From assembly GCA_041499375.1 (NCBI GenBank), contig JBGQKD010000002.1, forward strand, positions 85,823 through 149,822: a stretch of DNA of 64,000 bases, in the 5' to 3' direction. How positions within the stretch are numbered: position 1 is the first letter of the stretch; each line of letters starts with the position of its first letter. The DNA comes from Gemmatimonadota bacterium (GTDB lineage Bacteria; Gemmatimonadota; Gemmatimonadetes; Gemmatimonadales; GWC2-71-9). The translations under genes were made by a program, and so were the position numbers. Positions 46,767-55,922 of this stretch are shown here, piece by piece. The notes below the pieces were generated by a model, which was not told where the DNA came from, made no database searches, and was given only the letters and a program-made list of their open reading frames with translations.

Positions 46767-48061
46767 AGCGACGAGACTTTCTATCGGCGGTTGGGCGGAT
46801 CGGCGGATTGGCGGTTGGGAGCCGTTTGGTCGGGCTCCATCCACCCATCCTCCCATCCGCCAATCCGTCGCTTCTGATCCCAATGGACGACGCCCAATCC
46901 GATCACCTGAAAGCGTATGGGTTGACGTACCGAGCCATCGAAGCCGGCCTGAAGGCGGAGTGGCTCCTCAATTATCGCGGCGGCTCGTTCCTCATACCTG
47001 ATCTCGACGCGCTGCGGCGCGATGCGGCGCTCAACGGCATCCGCACGGAGCCCGTCGACAGCGCCATGACGACGGTCCGCGGTGAGATCGAAGCGAGCAA
47101 CATGGACGCGGTGCCGTTGGAGAAGGCGCCCAAAGTCGCCGTGTACGCGCCGCCGAACGCCGCGCCGTGGGACGACGCCGTCACGATGTCGCTGCAGTAC
47201 GCCGGTATCCCATTCACGAAGATCTGGGATCCCGAGGTGATGAACGGCTCGCTCAAGGATTTCGACTGGCTGCACCTGCATCACGAAGACTTCACCGGCC
47301 AGTACTCCAAGTTCTTCCTGATCTACTCGGGGATGGCGTGGCTCGCGGAAATGGTGCAGCGCAACAGCGACACGGCCAAGCGCCTCGGGTTCCAGACGGT
47401 GCCTGACCTCAAGAAGGCGGTGGCGCGAAGCATTCGCGCCTACGTCGACAACGGCGGCTTTCTGTTCGCGATGTGCACGGCGACCGAGACGATCGACCTC
47501 GCGCTCGCGGCGCACAACGTCGATATCGCCGCCACCTTTGCGGACGGCACGCCGCTCGATCCCGATGCCGACGCCAAGCTCGACTGGAGCCAGGCGTTCG
47601 CGTTCACGGGCGGGCACATCGAAACCAATCCGCTCGTCGCGAGCTTCTCGGATATCGACGGCCACCAGGTGAACGGGGGCGCGCGGCGGCAGCCGCTGGG
47701 CGCGTTCAAGCTGTTCAACTTCAGCGCCAAGATCGATCCGGTGCCTACGATGCTGGTGCAAGACCATCGCCAGGTGATTCCCGATTTCTATGGGCTGACG
47801 ACCTCGTTCACGCGCAACCGGCTCAAGCCGGGCGTCACGATCCTCGCGGAAGAAGAGGGCGCGCCGTGGGTCAAATACATCCACGGTGATCTGGGGAAGG
47901 GGACCTGGACCTTCTTCGGCGGGCATGACCCCGAAGACCCGCAGCACCAGATCGGCGATCCTCCGACCGATCTCTCGCTGCATCCGCACTCGCCGGGTTA
48001 TCGGCTGATCCTGAACAACGTGCTGTTTCCCGCCGCGAAAAAGCGCGAGCTCAAGACGTGA
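46763..48061 (+). CDS. Tat-signal conserved protein (family often labelled asparagine synthetase B)
   Basis: KRRDFL twin-Arg; LIPMD..Q..HLKAYG, WLLNYRGGSF, PWDDAVT, DWLHLHHEDFTGQY.KF, FAMC.AT, GGHDPED, SPGYRLILNNVLFPAA. Confidence 0.8.
   Translation: MKRRDFLSAVGRIGGLAVGSRLVGLHPPILPSANPSLLIPMDDAQSDHLKAYGLTYRAIEAGLKAEWLLNYRGGSFLIPDLDALRRDAALNGIRTEPVDSAMTTVRGEIEASNMDAVPLEKAPKVAVYAPPNAAPWDDAVTMSLQYAGIPFTKIWDPEVMNGSLKDFDWLHLHHEDFTGQYSKFFLIYSGMAWLAEMVQRNSDTAKRLGFQTVPDLKKAVARSIRAYVDNGGFLFAMCTATETIDLALAAHNVDIAATFADGTPLDPDADAKLDWSQAFAFTGGHIETNPLVASFSDIDGHQVNGGARRQPLGAFKLFNFSAKIDPVPTMLVQDHRQVIPDFYGLTTSFTRNRLKPGVTILAEEEGAPWVKYIHGDLGKGTWTFFGGHDPEDPQHQIGDPPTDLSLHPHSPGYRLILNNVLFPAAKKRELKT
46787..46868. 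repeat. Inverted octamer arrays forming a hairpin in the Tat signal region
   Basis: GCGGTTGG GCGGATCG GCGGATTG GCGGTTGG (46787-46818) ... CCATCCAC CCATCCTC CCATCCGC CAATCCGT (46837-46868). Confidence 0.8.
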
Positions 48062-50595
48062 GCGTCGAGCGCCTGACGGCGGCCGCGCGCGCCTTCCTCC
48101 AGGAGGAGATCGCCGCGGCCCAGGGGCGCGAGGTGTCGTTCGTGGTGCGCGCTGATCCCAACGGCACGCTCACGGACGCGCGCGTCGTCGCGCGTGGCAC
48201 GATCGACGCGGTGCTCGCACTGCCCGGTGCCGCGCAGCGCGGCGAGATGTTGCTCCACAACCATCCCAGCGGCTTCCTCGAACCTTCGGGCGCCGACCTG
48301 CACGTCGCCGCGCGCCTGCACGATGAGGGCGTCGGCTTCGGGATCGTCAACAACGACGTTTCGACGCTCTACGTCGTCGTGGAGTGTCCCCGCGCGCGCA
48401 GCGTCACGCGTCTCGACTCACTCGAGATCGCGAATCTCCTCACCGAATCCGGTCCAGTGGCGCGCGTGCTCGGCACGACGGCGTTCGAGGACCGGCCGGG
48501 CCAGCGCGACATGGCGGCGTACGTCGCCGACGCGTACAACGATGGCGGGATCGCGCTGCTCGAAGCGGGAACGGGCGTCGGCAAATCGTTCGCGTATCTC
48601 GTGCCGGCGCTCGAGTGGGCGCGCCTCAACGGCGAGCGCACCGTCGTTTCCACTAACACGATCAACTTGCAGGAGCAGCTCGTCGGCAAAGACTTGCCGA
48701 TCCTGTCGCGCGCCTTCTCGACCGGGGAGCGCGGCGTCACGTTCGCGCTGCTCAAGGGTTGGCGGAACTATCTCTGTCTCTCCCGTCTCGAGCAGGCGCG
48801 GGCGGGGCAGGAGTCGCTGTTCGACGAAGGCCGGGGTGCGGAGCTCGAGTCGATCGCGGGTTGGGCCGCGCGGACGGCCGATGGCAGTCTTTCCGATCTC
48901 GTGGAGGAGCCGTCGAGCGATGTGTGGGATGCGGTCGCCGCGGAGTCGGACCTCTGCACGCGGCTCAAATGCCCGCATTTCGATCGGTGCTTCGTCTTCG
49001 CGGCGCGGCGTCGCGCGGCCGAAGCCGACGTCGTCGTCGTAAATCACCATCTCCTGGCGTCCGACCTCGCCGTGCGCATCGCCTCCGATAACTGGCAGGA
49101 GGCGGCCGTGCTGCCGCCCTACCGGCGGCTCGTTCTCGACGAGGCCCATCACCTCGAGGACGTCGCCGCCCGCCACCTCGGCACCCAGGTCAGCATGCTC
49201 GGCGTGCAGCGGCTGCTCGGCCGTCTCGAGCGCAACGGGCGCGGGTTGCTGCCGACGCTCGCCGCCGAGCTCAGCACCCATGACGATCTGCTGGCGTCGG
49301 CGAGCCGCGACCTGCTGACGCGGAGCGTGCTCGACGCGCTGGTCGCGGCGCGGCGCTGGGCCGAAGAGCTGTTTGGTCGCCTGGGACGGCGCCTCGATAC
49401 CGATCAAGTTCTGCGCCTCACCGATTCTTTTGCCGCCGACGGCGTCTGGCGCGAAGGACTCGACGTCGCGCTCGACAACCTGCTCGTTGCGTTCAGCAAG
49501 CTGCGCGACGGCGTCGAGACGATCGCCGACCGGCTGTCGATCGACGACCCCGCCGAGATGCGCACGCGCCTGATCGGCGAGCTGCGCGGCGTCGTGCGCC
49601 GCCTCGACACGGCGGCGGAAGGACTCAAGGCTACGCTCCAGCCGGTCGGTTACCGCGCGCCCGCGGGTCCGGCCGTGCGCTGGATGGAACGCCGCGGGGG
49701 GGGGGGCGGCCGTCGCACCCCGAACCTCACGCTGTCGGCGGTGCCGCTCGATCTGGCGCCGGTGCTGAAGGAGGCGCTGTTCGACCGCGTCGAGACGGTG
49801 GTGTTGACGAGCGCGACGCTCGCGGCGGGCGGCGAGTTCACGTTCCTCGAGGAGCGGCTCGGCCTCTCGCTGCCGCCGTCGCGCGTGACGGTGCGCGAGA
49901 TCCTGCCGTCGCCGTTCGACTTCGCGGCGCAGTGCGTCTTCGGCATCCCCACCGACATCCCCGAGCCGCGTGACGATGAATTGGGACATGGGGCGGCCGT
50001 CGCGCGCGTGCTGCTCGAGCTGGCTCACGCGTCCGACGGCGGCATCTTCGCGCTGTTCACCAGCCATGGGGCGTTGCGTCGCGCCGCCGACGCGATCCGC
50101 GGCGATGTCGGCGCGCGCTGGCCGTTGCTGGTGCAGGGCGAGGGACAGCGCGATCAGCTGCTCCGCCGCTTCCGCGATGCCGGCTCGGCGATCCTGCTCG
50201 GCACCGACTCGTTCTGGGAAGGCGTGGATGTGCCGGGCCGGGCGTTGCGCGTGCTCATCCTGGCGAAGCTGCCGTTCAAAGTGCCGACGGAGCCGCTAAC
50301 CGCGGCGCGGCTGGAGCGTCTCACCGCAGCGGGGGTGGACGGCTTCAGCCACTATCTCGTTCCGCTCGCGGCGCTCAAGTTGAAACAGGGATTTGGGCGG
50401 TTGATCCGTACGAAGTCGGACGTCGGGGCGGTCGTCCTGCTCGACCGGCGCGTCGTAACCAAGCGCTACGGGGCCACGATGCTGGAAGGCCTGCCGCCGG
50501 CCTCCAGGGCCATCGGCAATTGGCCGGACGTCCGGCGCGAGCTGGAAGAGTTCTTTGCCTTGCATAGCATCGGCGCGCCGGTGCCTTCAAGCTAG
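48058..50595 (+). CDS. DinG/YoaA-family Fe-S helicase with N-terminal RadC/JAB-like domain
   Basis: HNHPSG...PS.AD; R.GQ..M, EAGTGVGKS, NYLC..C....C.....C, DEAH, TSATL, LFTS, FWEGVD.PG, QGFGRLIR. Confidence 0.9.
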   Translation: MSVERLTAAARAFLQEEIAAAQGREVSFVVRADPNGTLTDARVVARGTIDAVLALPGAAQRGEMLLHNHPSGFLEPSGADLHVAARLHDEGVGFGIVNNDVSTLYVVVECPRARSVTRLDSLEIANLLTESGPVARVLGTTAFEDRPGQRDMAAYVADAYNDGGIALLEAGTGVGKSFAYLVPALEWARLNGERTVVSTNTINLQEQLVGKDLPILSRAFSTGERGVTFALLKGWRNYLCLSRLEQARAGQESLFDEGRGAELESIAGWAARTADGSLSDLVEEPSSDVWDAVAAESDLCTRLKCPHFDRCFVFAARRRAAEADVVVVNHHLLASDLAVRIASDNWQEAAVLPPYRRLVLDEAHHLEDVAARHLGTQVSMLGVQRLLGRLERNGRGLLPTLAAELSTHDDLLASASRDLLTRSVLDALVAARRWAEELFGRLGRRLDTDQVLRLTDSFAADGVWREGLDVALDNLLVAFSKLRDGVETIADRLSIDDPAEMRTRLIGELRGVVRRLDTAAEGLKATLQPVGYRAPAGPAVRWMERRGGGGGRRTPNLTLSAVPLDLAPVLKEALFDRVETVVLTSATLAAGGEFTFLEERLGLSLPPSRVTVREILPSPFDFAAQCVFGIPTDIPEPRDDELGHGAAVARVLLELAHASDGGIFALFTSHGALRRAADAIRGDVGARWPLLVQGEGQRDQLLRRFRDAGSAILLGTDSFWEGVDVPGRALRVLILAKLPFKVPTEPLTAARLERLTAAGVDGFSHYLVPLAALKLKQGFGRLIRTKSDVGAVVLLDRRVVTKRYGATMLEGLPPASRAIGNWPDVRRELEEFFALHSIGAPVPSS

Positions 50596-50652
50596 ATTTC
50601 CAACGGTTCAGGGACTCATTTCGTACGGAGTACGAGTTCTCGAGGAGATTCA

Positions 50653-51822
50653 GTGACGGGGTTCAGTAAGCGCGTCGCACAACTGCCGACATATCCGATG
50701 GCAGAGCTGCCCGCGATCAAGCGGCGGCTGATCGAGCAGGGTGTGGATGTGATCGATGTCGGCGCGGGGGACGCCGACTTCCCGCCGCCCGACGTCGCGG
50801 TGAAGGCGCTCACCCGCGCGGTGCAGGATCCCGCCATGAGCCGCTACGCGTTTCAGCTCGGTCTGGCCGCGTTTCGCGAAGCCGCCGCGGGATACATGCG
50901 GCGGCGTTTCGGCGTGAGCGTCGATCCGTTCAAAGAACTGCACCCACTCCTCGGCTCGAAAGAAGGCATCGCGCACCTCGCGACGGCCGTGCTCAATCCC
51001 GGCGACGTGGCGATCGTGCCGGTGCCGGGCTATGCCGTCTATCACGGCGGCACTGTCCTCGCCGATGCCGAGCCGTATCTCTACAACCTGACGCCGCGCA
51101 CCGATTTCCTGCTCGAGCTGGAAGAGATCCCGGCCGACGTGTTGAAGCGCGCCAAGCTCGTGTACCTGAACTATCCCAACAATCCGACGGCGGCCGTGGC
51201 GCCGCGCGAGTATCTCGAGCGCACGATCGCCGCGTGCCGGAAGCACGATCTCGTCCTCGCCTACGACAATCCCTACTGCGAGATTACGTTCGACGGCTAC
51301 GTCGCTCCGTCGATTTTCGAGGTTCCTGGCGCGATGGACGTCGCGGTCGAGTTTCATTCGTTGAGCAAGAGTTTCTGCATGACGGGATGGCGGCTGGGGT
51401 GGGCCGTGGGTCGTCCCGAGCGGATCGCGGCGCTCGCACGCGTGAAGAATTACGTGGACACCGGCGCGTTTCTCGCGGTACAGGCCGCGGGCGCCGAGGT
51501 GCTGAAGCAGGCCGAGCGCATCGCCGCCGGGTACGCCGCGCAGTTCAGGGAGCGGCGCGACGCGATCGTGCCGGCGCTCAGGGCGAACGGATTCGAGATC
51601 GAGCCGCCGCGGGCGACGCTGTACCTCTGGATCCCGTTGCCCGAGGGGCTGCCGTCGGCCGCGTTCCAGAAGCGCGCGCTCGAGGACGTCGGCGTCGTGA
51701 CGTTGCCCGGCAGCGCGTTTGGCGCTGGCGCTGAGGGGTTCTTCCGGATTGCTTTGACTGTGCCCATTCCGAGGCTCATCGAAGCAACCGAGCGGTTAGG
51801 AAAGGTGCTTGCCACTGTTTGA
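50653..51822 (+). CDS. Class I/II PLP aminotransferase (LL-diaminopimelate aminotransferase-like)
   Basis: GAGGAG RBS; GSKEG, LNYPNNPT, DNPY, EFHSLSKSF.MTGWR.G, PG..FG...EGF.R. Confidence 0.88.
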   Translation: MTGFSKRVAQLPTYPMAELPAIKRRLIEQGVDVIDVGAGDADFPPPDVAVKALTRAVQDPAMSRYAFQLGLAAFREAAAGYMRRRFGVSVDPFKELHPLLGSKEGIAHLATAVLNPGDVAIVPVPGYAVYHGGTVLADAEPYLYNLTPRTDFLLELEEIPADVLKRAKLVYLNYPNNPTAAVAPREYLERTIAACRKHDLVLAYDNPYCEITFDGYVAPSIFEVPGAMDVAVEFHSLSKSFCMTGWRLGWAVGRPERIAALARVKNYVDTGAFLAVQAAGAEVLKQAERIAAGYAAQFRERRDAIVPALRANGFEIEPPRATLYLWIPLPEGLPSAAFQKRALEDVGVVTLPGSAFGAGAEGFFRIALTVPIPRLIEATERLGKVLATV

Positions 51823-52654
51823 CCGCGAGGTAGGAAAGGTACCGATCGGGCGTGCGTGGCTCGTCACCGCGGCGATTCACGTCATCGCCGTGATTCTGTT
51901 CTTCACGGTGAACTGGCAGGCGCCGTGGGGGAAACCACGGTACGTCGTGCTCGAGCCGCGCGACGTCGGCGACACGCTGGTGTTTGTGCCGGGCACGCGG
52001 GAAGCGCGCGCCAAGGGTCCGACGATCGTCTCGACTCGCCGCGAACCGCCTCCGCCAGCCGCCGCCCCACAGCCGCCTCCCGCCGCCCCTGCGCCGCCGG
52101 ACACCGGCGTCACGCTGCCCGCGTACGATCCCAACGCCAGCCGCGTGGCCCCGGCGCCGCAAGTCGGCGACGGGCGGCTCTGGGTGAGTCCACGGCCCGG
52201 CTTGCCCGCGGCGGTCGCGGACGCGCTCTACGGAGACACGACGACCCGGCGCACCGCGGCGATCGACCGGCTCAAGGCGATGGTGGATACGCTGAACCAG
52301 ATGATGGATCAGGAGCAGCGCGAACACCGGCGGCCGTCTTGGACGCTGGGCGGCACGCCGGATAAGCCGCAGTGGGGCATCGATTCGGCGTACATCCATA
52401 TCGCGGGCATCAAGATTCCCACGACGGTGCTGGCTGGGCTGGGCTATCTGTTCAAGGGGGGCGGCAACTTCGACGAAGAAATGCGGGCCCGGCAGCTCAA
52501 CGACATGCGCGCCGACATCCTGCGGGCCGCCGACCGCGCGCAGACGCTGCAGCAATTCCGCCGCTACGTGCGCGAGCTGCGCGAGCGGAAACAAGCAGAG
52601 CGCGACGCCGAAGACCGGCGCCAGGCTCAGGACACGGTCAAAGCCGTACCGTAG
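51809..52654 (+). CDS. Hypothetical membrane-anchored protein with Pro-rich linker
   Basis: N-terminal TM (AAIHVIAVILFF), Pro-rich segment, charged helical C-terminus. Confidence 0.65.
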   Translation: MPLFDREVGKVPIGRAWLVTAAIHVIAVILFFTVNWQAPWGKPRYVVLEPRDVGDTLVFVPGTREARAKGPTIVSTRREPPPPAAAPQPPPAAPAPPDTGVTLPAYDPNASRVAPAPQVGDGRLWVSPRPGLPAAVADALYGDTTTRRTAAIDRLKAMVDTLNQMMDQEQREHRRPSWTLGGTPDKPQWGIDSAYIHIAGIKIPTTVLAGLGYLFKGGGNFDEEMRARQLNDMRADILRAADRAQTLQQFRRYVRELRERKQAERDAEDRRQAQDTVKAVP

Positions 52655-53880
52655 TGCTGCTGACCTTCCTTGCTCTGGCCGCCGCGTTGGCGGCGCAAGA
52701 CACCACGAGCGGGCGCACCGTACTCCGGGCAGCGACCGTCCTCGACGGCCGCGGCGGCATACAGCACAACGTCGACATCTTCGTCGTCGGCAATCGGATC
52801 GCGCGGATCGCGGCGCGCGCGCCACTCCCAGCGGGGACACGGGTCGTCGACCTGGGCGCTCGCACCGTCCTGCCCGGACTGATCGACGCGCACACCCATC
52901 CGGTGTGGTACTTCAATCGGCAGAACCGGCTGCACACCGCCAACGACGGCGACACCCCCGCGCAGTCGATGCTGGCCGCGACGGCCAACGCGTATTCGAC
53001 GCTCATGGCGGGGTTCACGACGATTCAGAGCGTCGGATCGCGCAGCGACGCGGATTTGCGCGACTGGATCGCGACGCAGGGCTTGCCGGGCCCGCGCATC
53101 GTCACGTCGCTCGATCCCCTTACCGATCGCACCCTGAGTCCCGACTCGCTCCGTTCGCTGGTCCGCCAGCGCAAGGCGCAAGGCGCCGACCTGATCAAGC
53201 TGTTCGCCTCCGCGAGCATCCGAGAGGGCGGCCAGCAGTCGATGTCCGACTCGCAGCTCGTGGCCGTGTGCGGGGAAGCGAAGGCGCTCGGCCTGCGCAC
53301 GGTGGTGCACGCGCACAGCGCGGCGGCGGTGCGCGCCGCGACCCTCGCGGGCTGCACGCAGGTCGAGCACGGCATCTTCGTGACCCAGGACGTGCTCTCG
53401 CTGATGGCGCAGCGCGGCACGTACTTCGATCCGCAGTGCGCCCTGGTGTTCCGCAACTACCTCGACAACCGCAGCCGCTATCAGGGAATCGGCAACTACA
53501 CCGACTCAGGATTCGCCGTGATGGAGCGCGTGTTGCCGCTCGCCGCGGCGGACATTCGCATGGCGCTGGCGACTTCGGGGCTCAAGGTGCTCTACGGTAC
53601 CGATGCCGTCGCCGGGGCGGACGGCCACAACGCCGAGGATCTGATTTGCCGGGTCGAGCGGGCGGGGGAGGCACCGATGCATGCGATCGTGGCGGCGACG
53701 TCGCTCAACGCCGAGGCGTTGGGACTCTCGGATCGGATCGGCGCGATCGCGACGGGGCTCGAGGCGGACATCATCGCCGTGGACGGCGATCCGCTCCGCG
53801 ACATCGCCGCGCTGCGGCGCGTGAGCTTCGTGATGAAAGCGGGGCGGGTGGTGCGCGATGATGGGACGGTGCGGAACTAA
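52654..53880 (+). CDS. Amidohydrolase family protein (secreted)
   Basis: GTG overlapping upstream stop; PGLIDAHTH, GAD.IK, HAH, EHG, GTDA, ADIIAVDGDPL.DI. Confidence 0.88.
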   Translation: MLLTFLALAAALAAQDTTSGRTVLRAATVLDGRGGIQHNVDIFVVGNRIARIAARAPLPAGTRVVDLGARTVLPGLIDAHTHPVWYFNRQNRLHTANDGDTPAQSMLAATANAYSTLMAGFTTIQSVGSRSDADLRDWIATQGLPGPRIVTSLDPLTDRTLSPDSLRSLVRQRKAQGADLIKLFASASIREGGQQSMSDSQLVAVCGEAKALGLRTVVHAHSAAAVRAATLAGCTQVEHGIFVTQDVLSLMAQRGTYFDPQCALVFRNYLDNRSRYQGIGNYTDSGFAVMERVLPLAAADIRMALATSGLKVLYGTDAVAGADGHNAEDLICRVERAGEAPMHAIVAATSLNAEALGLSDRIGAIATGLEADIIAVDGDPLRDIAALRRVSFVMKAGRVVRDDGTVRN

Positions 53881-53915
53881 CGTGTAGGGGCGCAGCATGC
53901 TGCGCCCCTACACGT
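53880..53915. repeat. Perfect 36-bp GTAG-type REP-like palindrome between convergent genes
   Basis: ACGTGTAGGGGCGCAGCA|TGCTGCGCCCCTACACGT. Confidence 0.85.
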
Positions 53916-53921
53916 GATGCG

Positions 53922-54383
53922 TTACTGCTTCACCAGCTGACCGCGAATCTCCCCACCGGTATGGGCTTTCGTATGGATGTTCACGTAGGCCTTTCCGGCC
54001 CGCATGAGTGCGATCACACTATCGGGCGGGATGGCTGCCCCGTTCGCCACGGTGCCCGTAAAGCCAACGCCCGTGGCAGTCGGTGAAAGGCTCTGAACGA
54101 CGCCACCGGCTGAGTCGGCAACGCCCCGGTGTATATGCCCGGCGATGACGCTATCAATCGCGGCTGTGACATCGACCTTCCAGCTGATCTCGGTGCCCAG
54201 CACCGTGACGATCGCCGTGGCCTGCGCGGTTGTCGTCACTGCCGTGGGGCGTTCGTTCGCGCCGTTGAGCGTTGCCTTGTAGACCTCCAGCCCCGCCGGA
54301 ATGCCCGACGTGTTGTTATCACTGCAGGCAACGCCGATCAGTGAAATCGTTGCAAACATTGCCAGTGCTCGTGATACGTGCAT
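53922..54383 (-). CDS. CHRD domain lipoprotein
   Basis: AAGGAGG RBS; lipobox GVAC; L.GANE.P, HIH.G, G.AYVNIHT.....GEIRGQL. Confidence 0.9.
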   Translation of the reverse strand: MHVSRALAMFATISLIGVACSDNNTSGIPAGLEVYKATLNGANERPTAVTTTAQATAIVTVLGTEISWKVDVTAAIDSVIAGHIHRGVADSAGGVVQSLSPTATGVGFTGTVANGAAIPPDSVIALMRAGKAYVNIHTKAHTGGEIRGQLVKQ

Positions 54384-54470
54384 ACCAAATCCTCCTTAGA
54401 CAGCTAATTGCAGGTGATACCGCACAAAGCCTCGGAAGCAGACTCTGCCCTCCTTTCAGACGGCTAGAGG

Positions 54471-54866
54471 TTATGGGACGACGATCTCTCCGCGCATGAA
54501 CGCTTGATGCGGGATGCAGTGATACGGGTAGGTCCCAGGCGTCGCGAACGTATGCGAGTAGCGGTCGCCGGGATTCAGGTCCGCCGAGCCCCAGATCCCC
54601 GTGGTATCCGAGGTCGTGGTGTGGGGCTCCTGCGGTGGGGTTTCACAGTTGATCCAGGTGACGGTCGCGCCTGTCGGGACGTGCAGAGTGTCGGGATGGA
54701 ATGCGAAATCCCGGATCGCGACGATGTAGTGCATCGAGTCGATGACCGTGACCGGCACGCGGCATTCGGCGGCGGTGTTGATTCCCGGGCCGGCGCCACG
54801 ATCCGAAAAGCACGCGACCACCGCCACCCCCGCCAGCGCGAGCACCCCGATGATGAGGCGTTTCAT
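54471..54866 (-). CDS. Cupredoxin (plastocyanin/amicyanin-like) lipoprotein
   Basis: Lipobox VVAC; F.P..L.V..G.TVTW.N, H(TTT), PG.YPYHCIPHQAFM type-1 Cu ligands. Confidence 0.88.
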   Translation of the reverse strand: MKRLIIGVLALAGVAVVACFSDRGAGPGINTAAECRVPVTVIDSMHYIVAIRDFAFHPDTLHVPTGATVTWINCETPPQEPHTTTSDTTGIWGSADLNPGDRYSHTFATPGTYPYHCIPHQAFMRGEIVVP

Positions 54867-55912
54867 GGCTGCCTCACGACGACGACACCCTTCATGAACG
54901 GGTGCGGCGTGCAGTGGAAGGAGTATTCGCCCGGCTGCGTGAACGTGTGGCTCCACTTCTTGCCGGGCTCGATGGCCCCGGAGTCCCACGACTTGTCGTC
55001 GGCACTGATCGTGTGCACCAGGGGATCGGTGTTGGTCCAGACGATCGTGGTGCCCGCGGTGATTTCGATACGCTTCGGCCCAAAGGTCATGGTCCGGATT
55101 TCGGCGCGCGTAGCGCCCGCAGGCGCCGCCCCCTCGCCGCCTCCCGGCGCCCCTTCGCCGCCCTTCTTGCGCCCGAAGTACCGGCTCAGCGTGAAGGGAA
55201 TCGTGAACTCAAACCCGCCGCGCACTCGGTCGATGCCGCGCGAGGCGCCCTGCAGGGTGGCGGTGTTCGTGTTCGTCACTTGCAGCGAGAGCGTGTGCGG
55301 TGAGTAGGGGATCGCGAGCTGTAATCCGGCGCCCCAGGCGACTTTTTCGCCCGCGCGCTTGTTGATCAGGGTTGTTACGTCGCCGGCGAGTGCGACCCAG
55401 CGATGTAGTCGCAGTGTCGCGCCGCCGCCCACGGCGTAGCGCGTCGTGTCGCTGTGGTAGCCGTTGGAGAGCACGCGCCCCACGGCCATCGCCCGCAGCG
55501 GCCCGAACGCGCGCGCCGCGGTCAGCTCCGCGTCGGCACTGCCGGCCGCCTGGTTGTAGCCGGCCTGCACCGCCACACCCGAACGACCGTAGCGCGCGAA
55601 CACTTCCCACTCGTTGGGGAACGCGGCCGCGACGTCGGATGAGGTTGCGTAGTTGAAGCCGATGAGGAGGGGGAGGGGAAGCTGATAGGCGAGGAGGAAC
55701 GTCGGCGAATTCGTGACTTTGCGGAGTGGGGCGTCACCCACTCCGAATCGGTGCACGAAGTTGAACTGCAGCGTGCCAGGCGCACCCAGCCAGCCACCCG
55801 ACATGTTTGGTGGCCGCTCGAGCACGGATTGGCACGAGGCTACATCAGCAACTCCAAGAGACGCGGATAGGGCGCAGGTGACGTACACTGCGATCTGACC
55901 AGGCAGCCGCAA
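54863..55912 (-). CDS. Putative beta-barrel (DUF5777-like) fused to C-terminal cupredoxin
   Basis: GAGGAGG RBS, TTG start, signal peptide; F.F.HRF, HTLSLQVTN, GFEFT barrel-like strands; C-terminal WTN.D...HT..PGEYSFHCTPHPFM. Confidence 0.75.
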   Translation of the reverse strand: MRLPGQIAVYVTCALSASLGVADVASCQSVLERPPNMSGGWLGAPGTLQFNFVHRFGVGDAPLRKVTNSPTFLLAYQLPLPLLIGFNYATSSDVAAAFPNEWEVFARYGRSGVAVQAGYNQAAGSADAELTAARAFGPLRAMAVGRVLSNGYHSDTTRYAVGGGATLRLHRWVALAGDVTTLINKRAGEKVAWGAGLQLAIPYSPHTLSLQVTNTNTATLQGASRGIDRVRGGFEFTIPFTLSRYFGRKKGGEGAPGGGEGAAPAGATRAEIRTMTFGPKRIEITAGTTIVWTNTDPLVHTISADDKSWDSGAIEPGKKWSHTFTQPGEYSFHCTPHPFMKGVVVVRQP

Positions 55913-55922
55913 GCGTGCCTCC

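Noticed and set aside
46763-48061. True asparagine synthetase AsnB
   Set aside because: No N-terminal Cys Ntn domain or SGGLDS motif, and it has a Tat signal, so no gene symbol was given.
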